DNA of 64,000 nt from Clostridia bacterium (GTDB taxonomy: Bacteria > Bacillota > Clostridia > Oscillospirales > CAG-382): the NCBI GenBank assembly GCA_017399965.1, contig JAFQAP010000026.1:22530-86529 (forward strand), in the 5' to 3' direction. This document shows, piece after piece, positions 9,384 to 19,686 of the stretch (its first letter is position 1; the number at the start of each line of letters is the position of its first letter). The notes below the pieces were generated by a model. The model saw only the letters and a program-made list of their open reading frames with translations. It was not told the DNA's origin and did no database searches. A program made the translations under genes and the position numbers.

Positions 9384-10211
9384 TTAATCTCCCCGTTTTT
9401 CCACAGAGGTTATACAGCATATGGAGTATATTTCTCCCTTCATTTCTTCGGGCCAAACGAGCTTATCCTCGGTGGTGTAATAAATGTAGGGCGTGGAGTA
9501 ATTTTCCTGGTCGCCTGCAAAGAACAGCTTGCCGAATTTGCGTATGTAAATCACTTCGCCGCGGTCATTAAGTATAACAGATGTCCATTCCACGTTTATG
9601 GACGTTCTGTCCGTGCGGTGGTTTTTAAAACCGCACAGCGCCTGTATCATAGGATAAAAGGTATTGTCGCCCTGCTCCGTCAATTCGTCCACAGGCCATT
9701 TTCCTTCTACAAGTCCGCCGAAATCGTATTCAACATCGTTTATATACATTGTTTCATTTGTTTCTTCCACGGTGAAGGAGTATTTAAACTTTTCAAACTG
9801 CATTTCGGGGTGGAACAGAAAATAGTGGGTGTTTCCTGCGGCAAACTGGTCAAAGGTCTGGGTTTCCGTCCTTAATTCAGTGCCGTTTTTATCAAAATAG
9901 GTGCCCGTAATAGTAACAACATAATTGGTTTCGGTCTGGTTTTCAAGGTTAATGATAACGAAATCGTTGCCTTTATAAACGTATCTTTTGTCCTTGGCAA
10001 CAATATTTCCCGTTACTACGATGCTGTTTTCCGTGTTTTCGGGCGTGCTTTCGGTTTCGGTTTTGTCCTCGTTCCCTTCGGGAGTGAAAACGGAAACATT
10101 ATCATAGCTTTCAATAGGGTCGGTATTTCCGTCGTTTTCTTCTTGCTGGCATCCTGCAAAAGTGCCGATAGCAAGTAAAAGTGTAAGTGTAATAATTATA
10201 ATTTTTTTCAT
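9384..10211 (-). CDS. Family A lipoprotein (paralog 5)
   Basis: Lipobox TFAGC; DPIESYDNVSVF, FYP, WPEE motifs. Confidence 0.85.
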   Translation of the reverse strand: MKKIIIITLTLLLAIGTFAGCQQEENDGNTDPIESYDNVSVFTPEGNEDKTETESTPENTENSIVVTGNIVAKDKRYVYKGNDFVIINLENQTETNYVVTITGTYFDKNGTELRTETQTFDQFAAGNTHYFLFHPEMQFEKFKYSFTVEETNETMYINDVEYDFGGLVEGKWPVDELTEQGDNTFYPMIQALCGFKNHRTDRTSINVEWTSVILNDRGEVIYIRKFGKLFFAGDQENYSTPYIYYTTEDKLVWPEEMKGEIYSICCITSVEKRGD

Positions 10212-11086
10212 CTCTTAACTCCTCCTAAAGCATAAATGTACGCATCTTCAAGTGTGGGGGTAACGGATATAGACTTTTCCGTAAAAGGCTTTTCCGCAAC
10301 GTATCTCACACAGGGACTGCCGTCTATGTACGCAACGGAGGTTACTACAGCCTCTCTGCGTAGCATTTCTTCCTCTTCCTTGGTTCCCGTATGCTCAAAC
10401 ATCTTTCCCGAAACACGGTCAATAAAGTTAGACTTTTCTCCAAGGTATTTCACTTCACCTTGTTCAAGCACACAGATGTTGTTGCAAAGATGCTCAATAT
10501 CAGCCGTAATATGTGTGGAAAAGATTATAGTTCTTTCCATTGCTATCTTGGAAAGCAGATTCAGGAAATACAGTCTCTCCTCCGGGTCAAGTCCCGTAGT
10601 TGGTTCGTCGATGATGAGCACCTTGGGATCACCAATCAAAGCCTGGGCGATTCCCGCTCGTCTCAACATACCGCCGGAATACTTGCCCAAACGCTTCTTT
10701 TCTTCTCCTACCAATCCAACGGTTTCTATTGCATTTGTAATTCTTTCTTTGCGTTCTTTTTTGTCTTTTATTCCCTTTAAAATACAAACGTAATCCAAAA
10801 ACTCAACAATATTCATTCTGGGCATCAGCTTTGTACTTTGAGGCAAATATCCCAACGAAGAACGGAATTCGTCTTTGTTTGCTTTCAGTTCCTTGCCGTC
10901 AAAATATATTTCGCCTTCCGTTGCGTCCATAATAGTTGCAACAATGCGCATTAAAGTTGTCTTTCCCGCACCGTTACGACCGATAAGACCGAATATGCCT
11001 TGACCTATCTCGATATTCACGCCGTTAAGTGCTTTTTTCTTACCTCTGGGGTAGATTTTGGTTATGTTTTTAATTTCTATTTTCAT
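10208..11086 (-). CDS. ABC transporter ATP-binding protein (ABC-2/exporter type)
   Basis: Walker A GRNGAGKT, signature YSGGM, Walker B LIIDEPTTGLD, H-loop STH. Confidence 0.95.
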   Translation of the reverse strand: MKIEIKNITKIYPRGKKKALNGVNIEIGQGIFGLIGRNGAGKTTLMRIVATIMDATEGEIYFDGKELKANKDEFRSSLGYLPQSTKLMPRMNIVEFLDYVCILKGIKDKKERKERITNAIETVGLVGEEKKRLGKYSGGMLRRAGIAQALIGDPKVLIIDEPTTGLDPEERLYFLNLLSKIAMERTIIFSTHITADIEHLCNNICVLEQGEVKYLGEKSNFIDRVSGKMFEHTGTKEEEEMLRREAVVTSVAYIDGSPCVRYVAEKPFTEKSISVTPTLEDAYIYALGGVKR

Positions 11087-11103
11087 AATGTTTTTCCTTT
11101 CAA

Positions 11104-11841
11104 TTAATCATTAAAGCCTTGGTGTAATTTCTCTCTGCGGAGTAAAAAGTATGTAGCAACCAGCATTACAACTGCCAATCCGAAGAAAAGAAGTCTGTTA
11201 TACGTCCACAGCGGACCTACACGGTAATACTCTGTAAGCACCGTATCGCCCATAAAATAGTTGGATAAGAACGGGTCAAACAAGCATTTTCTTATATCCG
11301 TATAACCGGAGTGGATATCGTAATTAAATCCGTTGAACACGGTATATACCAAAACTCCCAATCCCACGGGGGCATAGCAGTTTTTGATGGCAACGCGCAT
11401 AAACAAAAAGAGGGATGCAAAAAATACCGTGGTAACAAAGGCGGAAATAAACATATATACCTTGTAGTTTTCGGGAATATGTATGGGAATAATAATTTTC
11501 GATTGTTGTGGAACATACGGTTCGTATTCAAACAGTGCAACCATCGCAAAAGCGGCGGTAATGGCAAACAGCAGTATTGCAATAAACTTTGTATAAAGCA
11601 ATTTTGTGGTTTTTACGCCGCAAGTAAGCCCAAGCTCAATTTCAAAATTATCATACAGCAAAAAGGAAATAGGCAATAGCAGTACAAACGGTATAAAAAA
11701 CTCGGTGGAATCAATAAATCCGTGCTCGGGCAGTGCCACTATAAGGTGGTGCGGCTGCCACACCGTGCAGGAAAAGGCAAGCAGAAAAAGGGCAATTACA
11801 AGAAAATATGCGTTTTTCTTTAATGAACGCCAAAAAAGCAT
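11104..11841 (-). CDS. ABC-2-type permease, divergent type
   Basis: About 6 hydrophobic segments, directly upstream of the ATPase; YDNFEIELGL loosely echoes the FFEIEK motif. Confidence 0.7.
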   Translation of the reverse strand: MLFWRSLKKNAYFLVIALFLLAFSCTVWQPHHLIVALPEHGFIDSTEFFIPFVLLLPISFLLYDNFEIELGLTCGVKTTKLLYTKFIAILLFAITAAFAMVALFEYEPYVPQQSKIIIPIHIPENYKVYMFISAFVTTVFFASLFLFMRVAIKNCYAPVGLGVLVYTVFNGFNYDIHSGYTDIRKCLFDPFLSNYFMGDTVLTEYYRVGPLWTYNRLLFFGLAVVMLVATYFLLRREKLHQGFND

Positions 11842-11848
11842 TTTTGTT

Positions 11849-13123
11849 TCACTCCTTTGTGTTTAATATTTCTTCAACAATTCGGTTAATACTTGCTGCA
11901 AGCTCTTTGCATCCACCCATACAGTATACGTCCTGCTCTATATTGGTATCGTGTGCCAGAGAGAAGGCGTCAAACTTTCCGTCGGAGCGGTAAAACACAC
12001 CTCTTGCGGTGGGGTAGTTGTGGGACATATCTCCGAAGTAATCTGCAAAACCGTTAAAATAAACTATAATACGGTAATCGGAATTCTGGAAAATATCGTC
12101 GGGCGTTTTGCCGGTTGCATCGTGCAATCCGTTCCACAGCCTTTCAAGTTCTTCAATATGCTGTTGGTTGTCTATGCGTATTCTGGCAACGGGATAGAAA
12201 TTTTCGGTTTCCTGTACTTCCACAATAATCGTTTTGTTTTGGTTGCCGTATTCATATTTTCCTGCATTATACGGGAATTTTTCGCCCGGATCAAAGTTTT
12301 GCAGATAATCCGTGCTTCCCTCGCTTACGTCGGGCACGGCGTATAGATCGGTATAGCAGATCACAAGGGCGCCGTATTGGTATGCCCTCAGATCTTGGTC
12401 AAATCTTTCGTTATAAACGGTCCATACCTTTGTGGACATACTTTTCATATCCGCTTCGGGCATTTCTTTGTCCATACCAAAATAGATTATTTTGGGTTTT
12501 CCGCCGATTTCACCACCCATTCTACCGGGAAAATTATAGCAGATAGAGGTGGTAAGCACCTCAAGACGCTTGAATATTACGTCGCGGATATCCTGATCAA
12601 GATCAAAAGAACAAGCAGGGTCATGGGAAGACGCAAGACGGTTAAAGCAGGCGTAATATTCATCGGATGAATAAAAGCTGAGCCCGTAATAGGTGTGTAC
12701 CTCTCCGTTTATATCGGTGATCCGCACCAGATCGTATTCCTCAAACAGTTTAAAAGTGTCTTCAACCAGATAACACATTTCATCGTAGGTTATGGTGTAC
12801 CATTCACCTTTTTCTTTACGTTCGGAAAACTCTTTTATCTGCTCCTTTTTGTAAATTCCCGCAACCGTTTTGCCGTTTTCCTCGGAAATAAAGGTGTATT
12901 TTCCAAACTCGCCTTCCATCTGCTCGCCGTTTACGGGTGTATCCGAAGCTTCGGGAGGCATAATAACAATGGGTTCTTTGCTTGTTTCTTCTTCCTTGCT
13001 TGCTTCCGGTGCAGATACCGCGGTGTCGGAGCTTTCTGCCGGCGGAATGCTGTTTTCAGCACTTTCACACCCCGAAAGAAGCAATACAAATGTAAACAAG
13101 AGTATTAATACTTTCTTTAACAT
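11849..13123 (-). CDS. Family B lipoprotein
   Basis: Lipobox LLSGC; EGEFGKYTFISEENGKTVAGIY...EKGEWY...YDLVRI. Confidence 0.85.
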   Translation of the reverse strand: MLKKVLILLFTFVLLLSGCESAENSIPPAESSDTAVSAPEASKEEETSKEPIVIMPPEASDTPVNGEQMEGEFGKYTFISEENGKTVAGIYKKEQIKEFSERKEKGEWYTITYDEMCYLVEDTFKLFEEYDLVRITDINGEVHTYYGLSFYSSDEYYACFNRLASSHDPACSFDLDQDIRDVIFKRLEVLTTSICYNFPGRMGGEIGGKPKIIYFGMDKEMPEADMKSMSTKVWTVYNERFDQDLRAYQYGALVICYTDLYAVPDVSEGSTDYLQNFDPGEKFPYNAGKYEYGNQNKTIIVEVQETENFYPVARIRIDNQQHIEELERLWNGLHDATGKTPDDIFQNSDYRIIVYFNGFADYFGDMSHNYPTARGVFYRSDGKFDAFSLAHDTNIEQDVYCMGGCKELAASINRIVEEILNTKE

Positions 13124-13138
13124 TGCTTTTACCTTCCG

Positions 13139-14041
13139 TTATTTTTCTCTTCTGTCCTCAAGTGCCCAGTAATCTTCGGGCACTTCTTCTTTGGTGAGTA
13201 CAGCCTGCACCGCCGCAATACCGTAAAATCCGTTTTTAAGGTAATCGGGCCAGGTGTCCTTGTCCAGATTGACCACTTCCTCGTGGCCCGCATATAGCCA
13301 GAAATCCTGACACCACCAATCGGCTTCCAAGCAGTTCTTTTGCCAATCGTATTTTCTTTCTTCGAGTACAAATATTTGATCATTGCTGTCGAAGATAATT
13401 ACCGCAAATTCGCAGTAGGTATTCACTTCGTTTTTGTTTTCAAATTCCAGTTTTGAGCAAAGCTGGTGGGTTTCATAGGCCTTTCCGTCCGTTTTATCCA
13501 CAAAGGGACCGTACCAATACTGCAGTTGTATGGGCAGTTCGGAATTATAATCCTTGGGTATAAAGTTAGACCGCCACAAAGTCCCCTCGTACACTTCCGA
13601 ATATACCTCGTATTCAAAGGTGTCAAACTGCATATCGGGCTTGAACAGAAAATACGCGCTTGTACCCGCCGCAATATCGTTGTAGGTCTGCTCTTCTGTA
13701 AAAAGAATATTTCCGTTTTCGTCCTTGTAGTTGCCTTCAATAGTTACGGTATAATGAGTGTTTGTGCCGTTTTCAAAATTAAGTACTATAAGGTCGTTTC
13801 CCTCATAAGCGTATTTTTTATGTTTTACCGTAAATTCACCGGTAATGTTCACCGCTTCGGAAGTGTTTTCCGTGTTTACAGAGGTTTCCGGTTTATCCTC
13901 GGGCTTTGATGTGGGTATCTTTTGCTTGCTGTCATATTCGGGAATAGGGTCGTCGCCCGTGCCTAACTCTTTATCTTTACAGCCTGTAAGGACTGTAAGA
14001 GCAAACAGAAAGGATAAAAGTAAGCAAATAATTTTTTTCAT
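13139..14041 (-). CDS. Family A lipoprotein (paralog 6)
   Basis: Lipobox VLTGC; DPIPEYD; conserved first domain, divergent second domain ending TWPDY. Confidence 0.85.
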   Translation of the reverse strand: MKKIICLLLSFLFALTVLTGCKDKELGTGDDPIPEYDSKQKIPTSKPEDKPETSVNTENTSEAVNITGEFTVKHKKYAYEGNDLIVLNFENGTNTHYTVTIEGNYKDENGNILFTEEQTYNDIAAGTSAYFLFKPDMQFDTFEYEVYSEVYEGTLWRSNFIPKDYNSELPIQLQYWYGPFVDKTDGKAYETHQLCSKLEFENKNEVNTYCEFAVIIFDSNDQIFVLEERKYDWQKNCLEADWWCQDFWLYAGHEEVVNLDKDTWPDYLKNGFYGIAAVQAVLTKEEVPEDYWALEDRREK

Positions 14042-14053
14042 TGTTTTTCTCCT

Positions 14054-14926
14054 TTATACGGTGCGCTTTTTGGTTTTGAAATAAATTATCAGCGTGATCA
14101 CGGCGGTAAATATTACAAATGCTGTTACGCTGGTTACAACGTATTTTGCGGATGTGTTAAAGGTTTCCAGCGGCATTTCCTCCCACTCGGTGCGGAAGTA
14201 ATACATAAACCAAAATACCTTTTTTGGAACAGGAGACAGATAATCCCGTATAACGGCAATGATCTCCCCGCCGCTCCAGCCGAAAAATTTGTTTAACACC
14301 ATATTAAATAAAGCATACGCAATTCCCCCCACAGCCGCGGCGATACCGTTGTGAAATACCGCGCCGATGATGTAAGTAACGCATAAGTATATAAGTATGG
14401 AAGGCACAGCCATAATAAGCTCAAGAAATATGTTTCTTACAAAGCCATCGGTAAATGTGTTAAGCGCAGTCATTCCGTCCACTCCGCTGCGGGTGATAAC
14501 GTAGCTGAAAAGGCATAAATTCAAAAGAATGAAATGAAAAGCGGTGTTTATTACGGTAAGAGAAACAAATCTGCCGTATACGTATGCGGAAGGCTTCATA
14601 CCTGCCGCTTTTTCGATTTCAAAAAATCTGTCACCGTAATCGCGCATAAGTATTACCGCAGTAGAAACAGTGCACAGCAAAGCGGATGGGATCATACATA
14701 TGACGTTTGACATATTTGCAAACAGCTTTATATAGCTTTGAAAATCCAAAATATATCTGGGGTCGGTATCCCATATCATTTCGTAGGTAGCCATATCCAC
14801 GTAACCGTAGTGGCTTACAATCACCTCATTGTAAACAGCGTAAACCGTTCCCACCAACACCACCATCCAGAAGGAGGGGGAACGGAAAAGGATCTTGAAT
14901 GTATTTTTACAAGTAGATATAAACAT
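14054..14926 (-). CDS. ABC-2-type permease (paralog)
   Basis: RDYGDRFFEIEKAAGMKP; DTDPR loop shared with 5992-6855. Confidence 0.8.
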   Translation of the reverse strand: MFISTCKNTFKILFRSPSFWMVVLVGTVYAVYNEVIVSHYGYVDMATYEMIWDTDPRYILDFQSYIKLFANMSNVICMIPSALLCTVSTAVILMRDYGDRFFEIEKAAGMKPSAYVYGRFVSLTVINTAFHFILLNLCLFSYVITRSGVDGMTALNTFTDGFVRNIFLELIMAVPSILIYLCVTYIIGAVFHNGIAAAVGGIAYALFNMVLNKFFGWSGGEIIAVIRDYLSPVPKKVFWFMYYFRTEWEEMPLETFNTSAKYVVTSVTAFVIFTAVITLIIYFKTKKRTV

Positions 14927-14930
14927 TGTT

Positions 14931-15749
14931 TTACCTCATTCCGTAAAATTCTTCTTCGCTCATATAGTCCACCGCCACCAGCAGTATGTCGAATCCGTCT
15001 TTAAATTCCTCGGGCCAGGTGCTTTGCTTTGCGGTAAAGCTTTGGTCGCTGTTGGCAACGTTAATGTCAACTTTGTTTTTGCCCGGTGACATCAGCTTCC
15101 AGCCGGATTGAGTTATATTGAGTATTTCTCCCTTGGTATTAAAAGAAACGGCAATCATTTTTCTTGCCATAATATCGGGGTTTTTGTTTTCATACTGCGG
15201 GCTTCCGTACAACGCCCAGTAAGATGCGCTTTCCACGCCCGAATCATATATGGGCCACGCCAGAATGTTCGCATCCTTCGAATTCATATCCCACTCAAGC
15301 TGTTTTATATTTGAAAGGAAGCATACACCCTCGTAAACCTCTGCCTGCACATCGTAATCAAAGCTTTCAAAAGCAATTCCGGGGTTAAAAATAAAATACG
15401 TTTCCGTTCCCGCGGCAATATCCTTGTAGGTCTGGGATTCGGTTTTTAAAACGCTTCCGTCTGCGTTTGTGTAGCTTGCGGTTATAGTAACTTTATAGTT
15501 GGTATTTGTTTGGTTTTTAAAATTTAGTATTACTGCGTTACCATCGAGATAATCGTATTTTTTATACTTTATATCAAAGTTTCCGTCTTCCGTGTCGGAT
15601 ACGTTTTCAACAACCACCTTTGACGCTTCATCGTATTCGCCGATAGGATCATCCGCAGGGGGAAGGGAAGCGGAGGTATCATCTCCCTTGCAAGCAAAAA
15701 GCGCACCTGTAAGTAAAAAACAAAACAGTAAAATAATTATCTTTTTCAT
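14931..15749 (-). CDS. Family A lipoprotein (paralog 7)
   Basis: Lipobox LFAC; ATG 15749 after AAGGAG; DPIGEYD, WPEE motifs. Confidence 0.85.
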   Translation of the reverse strand: MKKIIILLFCFLLTGALFACKGDDTSASLPPADDPIGEYDEASKVVVENVSDTEDGNFDIKYKKYDYLDGNAVILNFKNQTNTNYKVTITASYTNADGSVLKTESQTYKDIAAGTETYFIFNPGIAFESFDYDVQAEVYEGVCFLSNIKQLEWDMNSKDANILAWPIYDSGVESASYWALYGSPQYENKNPDIMARKMIAVSFNTKGEILNITQSGWKLMSPGKNKVDINVANSDQSFTAKQSTWPEEFKDGFDILLVAVDYMSEEEFYGMR

Positions 15750-15782
15750 AAAAAACACTCCTTAAACTTTTTTCATACCTTA

Positions 15783-15813
15783 ATTATCTACTCAATTGTA
15801 AGGAGAGTTTAAA
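15783..15813 (-). promoter_or_regulatory. Class I-like direct-repeat promoter (TTTAAA-N5-CTTACA-N8-GATAAT)
   Basis: Heads the 10-gene run 15749-5992; spacing is one nt shorter than the other copies. Confidence 0.5.
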
Positions 15814-15830
15814 GAAAACGCATTTTGCAT

Positions 15831-15872
15831 AAAAAAGACCCGCTTTTTTGTTAAAAGCGAGTCTGTTTTTTT
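15831..15872. terminator. Intrinsic terminator after 15881-16699
   Basis: AGACCCGCTTTT/AAAAGCGAGTCT hairpin flanked by A- and T-runs. Confidence 0.7.
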
Positions 15873-15880
15873 GTGAACAA

Positions 15881-16699
15881 TTATTCTGTTTCCCACGGAT
15901 CGGGATATATCTCCTGCATATATTCCAGCACGGGAAGGCGGATATCGTTATGATAATAAAACGTGGGCATTGAATTCCATTTAACGTCATTGGTGGCGAT
16001 AAATACGCCGTAAGGCGGATACTGTGCCAGCTTTTCCTGGGTTGGGTGAATGTCGGAGAGGGGAAACGCCTTAAGATTTTCAAGACTGGTTTTATAAGGA
16101 GAATCGTTTTTGAATTTCTCTCCGTCCCCCGTGTCGGTATAGAATATCCATATATTCGTATCCGAACTGTAGGAGGCGGAGTTTATTACCTCAATGCGGC
16201 GGAACATAAGCTCGATAACCTCTTCCCAACGTTGGAGAGTATCAAGCTCGTTTTCATCGTACATTTTGTCGCCGAAATAGGTGGTTATGTTTTCGTCTTT
16301 CCCGCGCAGACGGATAATATCATAGTTTTCAAGAAGCTCCAGCGTGTCGCTTATAAGAAACAGCGCCTCTTCGGATGTCAAAGAAAACCATTCGCCGTCA
16401 TCCCGTCTTTTTGCAAAATCCCGTATCTGGTTTTTGCTGTATATGGTGGCAACGCTTTTCCCGTCCTCTTCGGTGATAAAGGTGTATATCCCGAACTTTC
16501 CCTCAAGCTGTGTCTGGGATTCGGGTATAACGGGAATTTCCGTTTCGGGGATATTTACCTCGGGTGTATAATCATCGGTGGGAAATGTCTTTGTGCTTTC
16601 CGCCATAAGAGGCATAAGCGTAATTCCCCCTGCCAACAGCAAAGCGGAAAGGAGCAAAACGGAAAAGGTTTTTAAAATAAAAAGTATTTTCTTTTTCAT
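15881..16699 (-). CDS. Family B secreted/membrane-anchored protein, short form without lipobox Cys
   Basis: LEGKFGIYTFITEEDGK...RRDDGEWFSLT...YDIIRL; start overlaps the kinase stop (ATGA). Confidence 0.8.
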   Translation of the reverse strand: MKKKILFILKTFSVLLLSALLLAGGITLMPLMAESTKTFPTDDYTPEVNIPETEIPVIPESQTQLEGKFGIYTFITEEDGKSVATIYSKNQIRDFAKRRDDGEWFSLTSEEALFLISDTLELLENYDIIRLRGKDENITTYFGDKMYDENELDTLQRWEEVIELMFRRIEVINSASYSSDTNIWIFYTDTGDGEKFKNDSPYKTSLENLKAFPLSDIHPTQEKLAQYPPYGVFIATNDVKWNSMPTFYYHNDIRLPVLEYMQEIYPDPWETE

Positions 16700-18069
16700 T
16701 CATTTTCCTCCTTAAACCGAATATATGCGGTAGTTCCTGCCGAAGGGACTGATTCAAATTCCAGCACCGCCCCGTGGGCATCTGCAATACGTTTACATAA
16801 TGCGAGTCCCAATCCCGTACCGCCGTCTTTTCTGGCGCGGCCCTTGTCGGTACGGTAAAAGGGCTCGGTTATGTGGGAAAGCTGCTCTTCGGTCATACCT
16901 ATACCGTTGTCCTTGACGTAAAGCGTGATAATGCCCTTTTCTTTTGTTGCCCCAAGTTCAATTTCTCCCTTGCCTCTGCAGGCGCGTATGGAGTTTTCCG
17001 CCAGATTTGATATGAGCAGTTCAATAAGCGTTTCATCGCCGTTCAGCGTAATATCGCAGGGGATATAAGTGATCCGAACACCGCCTTCGCTTGCTTTTAA
17101 TAAAAAGCGTGTTCGAGTGCGCTCAAGCATTTTGTCAACCGAAAATACCGATTTTTCAATGCCGTTTTCACGTATAAAAGCGGAGTTGAGCAATTTTTCG
17201 CTTATTCCCTTTAACCGCATGGATTCGGACATTATATTATTCATCGCCTTCATACGGTCTGCGGGATCAAGATCGACTCCGTAAACGTATTCCGCGTATC
17301 CGTGTATGGATGTGAGGGGAGTGCGCATCTCGTGGGCAAGGTTATCCAGCATTTGCTGTTTTTGCTCTGCGTTAAGCTTTAAGGTGTCCATCTGCTCGCC
17401 GATTCTTTCCGCCATTACGTTAAAATCCTTTGCAAGGGCTGAAAATTCATCGTCACCTTTTTCGTTGGCGCGGGCGTTTAGATCACCGCCGGAGATAAGC
17501 TTTGTAGTTCCTCTCAGCTTTTCCAAAGGAGAAAACAGTTTTTTCATTACCGCATACAGTATTACCGCAAGCAAAGCGGAAGCTGTAACGGATATCGCCG
17601 TAAAAGCCGCCGCAAGGGAAAACAGCTCCTCGTCCAGATAACTAACGTCTTTTACGCAGGTCAGCGTGTAGCTTCCGCGGCAGATGGTATCGGATACGAT
17701 AATATATTGCTTTCCGTCGATACGGGTGTTTACAATAGATCCCCCGTCAATAAGAGGTATCTCATCGGATATATCCGAATACAGCACCGTATTGTTGTAT
17801 GTGCGTGTAAAGCGCAGTTTAATGTTTTTTTCGCCGTAAAACGTGCCGTAGGATACCATAAGAAGCTGTACTCCCGTAACGCTTTTATCGGCGTAATCCG
17901 TTTCAAAGGCTTGGGAAATATATCTGTGCTCGGATAAACATATATCTTCTGCAGAGGCAACTGCGTTGTTATACGTATATAAAGCCGTAAGCAATACTCC
18001 GCTGTTGAAAAACAAAAGGAATATAACAAGCACGGTTATATATAATCTTTCAAAAAAGCTTTTTTTCAT
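16696..18069 (-). CDS. Sensor histidine kinase (paralog of 221-1600)
   Basis: AHEMRTPLT, DNGIGM, GGTGLGL, HAMP. Confidence 0.95.
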   Translation of the reverse strand: MKKSFFERLYITVLVIFLLFFNSGVLLTALYTYNNAVASAEDICLSEHRYISQAFETDYADKSVTGVQLLMVSYGTFYGEKNIKLRFTRTYNNTVLYSDISDEIPLIDGGSIVNTRIDGKQYIIVSDTICRGSYTLTCVKDVSYLDEELFSLAAAFTAISVTASALLAVILYAVMKKLFSPLEKLRGTTKLISGGDLNARANEKGDDEFSALAKDFNVMAERIGEQMDTLKLNAEQKQQMLDNLAHEMRTPLTSIHGYAEYVYGVDLDPADRMKAMNNIMSESMRLKGISEKLLNSAFIRENGIEKSVFSVDKMLERTRTRFLLKASEGGVRITYIPCDITLNGDETLIELLISNLAENSIRACRGKGEIELGATKEKGIITLYVKDNGIGMTEEQLSHITEPFYRTDKGRARKDGGTGLGLALCKRIADAHGAVLEFESVPSAGTTAYIRFKEENE

Positions 18070-18716
18070 AGTTCAAACCTGTATCCCACACCGTAGACCG
18101 ATTTTATGTGGGATTTAAGATTTAATTTTTGCCGCAGCTGCTGTATATGCACGTCTACCGTACGGGTGGTATCGCCTTCGTAATAATAAGACCACACCAA
18201 TTGAAGCAGCCGTTCTCTTGAAAGAACGATATTGCGGTTGGTTATGAGGGTGTCAAGCAGGGCGAACTCCTTTGGTGTAAGCTCAATTTCCTTTCCGTCC
18301 AAAAATGCTTTTCTGCTTTCAAAATCAATAAGCAGGTTGTCTATCCGCATAAAGCTTTCATCCCGCTTTGTGCGGCGCAATACCGCCTGCACGCGGGCAA
18401 GAAGCTCGGGCATCTCAAAGGGCTTTACTATGTAATCGTCCGCCCCCAGAGTAAATCCCTTCATTCTGTCCTTAAGATCGTTTTTTGCGGTAACGAATAT
18501 TACGGGCACGTTCCCCGCCTGCTTTATAATATCAAACCCCGAAATCTCGGGCAGCATAACGTCAAGTATAAGCAGATCAAAAGCACCCGTCTTTATACAT
18601 TCCAAAGCTTCCGCCCCGTCAAAAGCAGAAACGCATTTGTGACCCACCAAGGTAAGGTTTTTGCATAACAGTTCGTTTATAAGAATTTCGTCTTCAACAA
18701 TTAATATCCGTGCCAT
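18066..18716 (-). CDS. OmpR/PhoB-family response regulator (paralog of 1597-2244)
   Basis: Start MARILIVED at 18716 after AAAGGTG; the ORF-track extension to 18803 covers the promoter. Confidence 0.95.
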   Translation of the reverse strand: MARILIVEDEILINELLCKNLTLVGHKCVSAFDGAEALECIKTGAFDLLILDVMLPEISGFDIIKQAGNVPVIFVTAKNDLKDRMKGFTLGADDYIVKPFEMPELLARVQAVLRRTKRDESFMRIDNLLIDFESRKAFLDGKEIELTPKEFALLDTLITNRNIVLSRERLLQLVWSYYYEGDTTRTVDVHIQQLRQKLNLKSHIKSVYGVGYRFEL

Positions 18717-18744
18717 AATATCACCTTTCGATAACAGTATACCA

Positions 18745-18776
18745 TTTATAACATCGAATTGTAAAGGAATTGTAAA
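18745..18776 (-). promoter_or_regulatory. Class I direct-repeat promoter (TTTACA-N5-TTTACA-N9-TATAAA), probable autoregulatory site
   Basis: Perfect CTTTACAATTC tandem repeat with 11-bp period upstream of the response regulator. Confidence 0.7.
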
Positions 18777-18821
18777 GAAAAACGCCATTGACAAAAAATT
18801 CAAAAGCGTTTTTTATAAATA

Positions 18822-19655
18822 TTATACCGTGCGCTTGCGTGTAATTAAATATGAAACTAATGCCCCAAGAATAAATATGCCTACAAGGAAAAATAAGCAG
18901 AATATTGCTTTTTCGATAGACAAGTCATAGCTTTTTAAGAGACCATCAAACCATTCGGTGTCATAAAAATGAAAATACTGGCGCAATTTTTTGGGGATTG
19001 GACTAAAATAGTTGAAATAGGTCTCGCCGATTCTATGTCGAAATATCAAGTTAAAAACATAGTAGGCAATTGCGTAACTGCTGGAAAAAACAGTTGTTGC
19101 AATGCCGCTTTTTAAAACGTTTCCAAATAACAAAGCTATACCGAGATAAAATGTAATGCAAGGAATGGCAACAAACGCATCAATGCGCAGTATACGTGGC
19201 AGAGAATCGGCAATGCATTCAATATATGTCATATCTTTTACCCAACCTCGTGTAATTAGGTATGTGTATAAGCAGATGAAGTGCAAAAGCACTACGATAA
19301 CGCTGTTTAGTGCAAGCAGTGCAGATATTCTGCCAAGCACATAATGAGAGGGTTTCATTCCTGCACTTTTTTCGATTTCAAAAAAATTATCTCTGTAATC
19401 GTGATTGATAATCAAAGCAACTGTAATGATTGAAAAAATAGGCATTGCATATTGTAACAGCGTGGTGATGCAGCAATTTGAAATCACTTGTATGTAGTCG
19501 TTAAAGTTTAATACTGTCCCCGGCTCATCGTCTCCTACGTAATAACCGGAAATGGCGCCTTGTGCAGCGACAATGAGCATTACAAACATGCAAAGCCAAA
19601 ATGTTTTTGTCCTGAATATGGTTTTTAGTGTGTTTTTGTATATTGTTATTAGCAT
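18822..19655 (-). CDS. ABC-2-type permease (paralog)
   Basis: Start MLITIYKN at 19655 aligns with paralog starts; HDYRDNFFEIEKSAGMKP. Confidence 0.8.
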   Translation of the reverse strand: MLITIYKNTLKTIFRTKTFWLCMFVMLIVAAQGAISGYYVGDDEPGTVLNFNDYIQVISNCCITTLLQYAMPIFSIITVALIINHDYRDNFFEIEKSAGMKPSHYVLGRISALLALNSVIVVLLHFICLYTYLITRGWVKDMTYIECIADSLPRILRIDAFVAIPCITFYLGIALLFGNVLKSGIATTVFSSSYAIAYYVFNLIFRHRIGETYFNYFSPIPKKLRQYFHFYDTEWFDGLLKSYDLSIEKAIFCLFFLVGIFILGALVSYLITRKRTV

Positions 19656-19686
19656 GTTTTTCTCCGATGTTTTTTTATTAATATTT

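Noticed and set aside
18717-18803. N-terminal extensions in the ORF track (also 19656-19793)
   Set aside because: Paralog alignment and RBS position support starts at 18716 and 19655.
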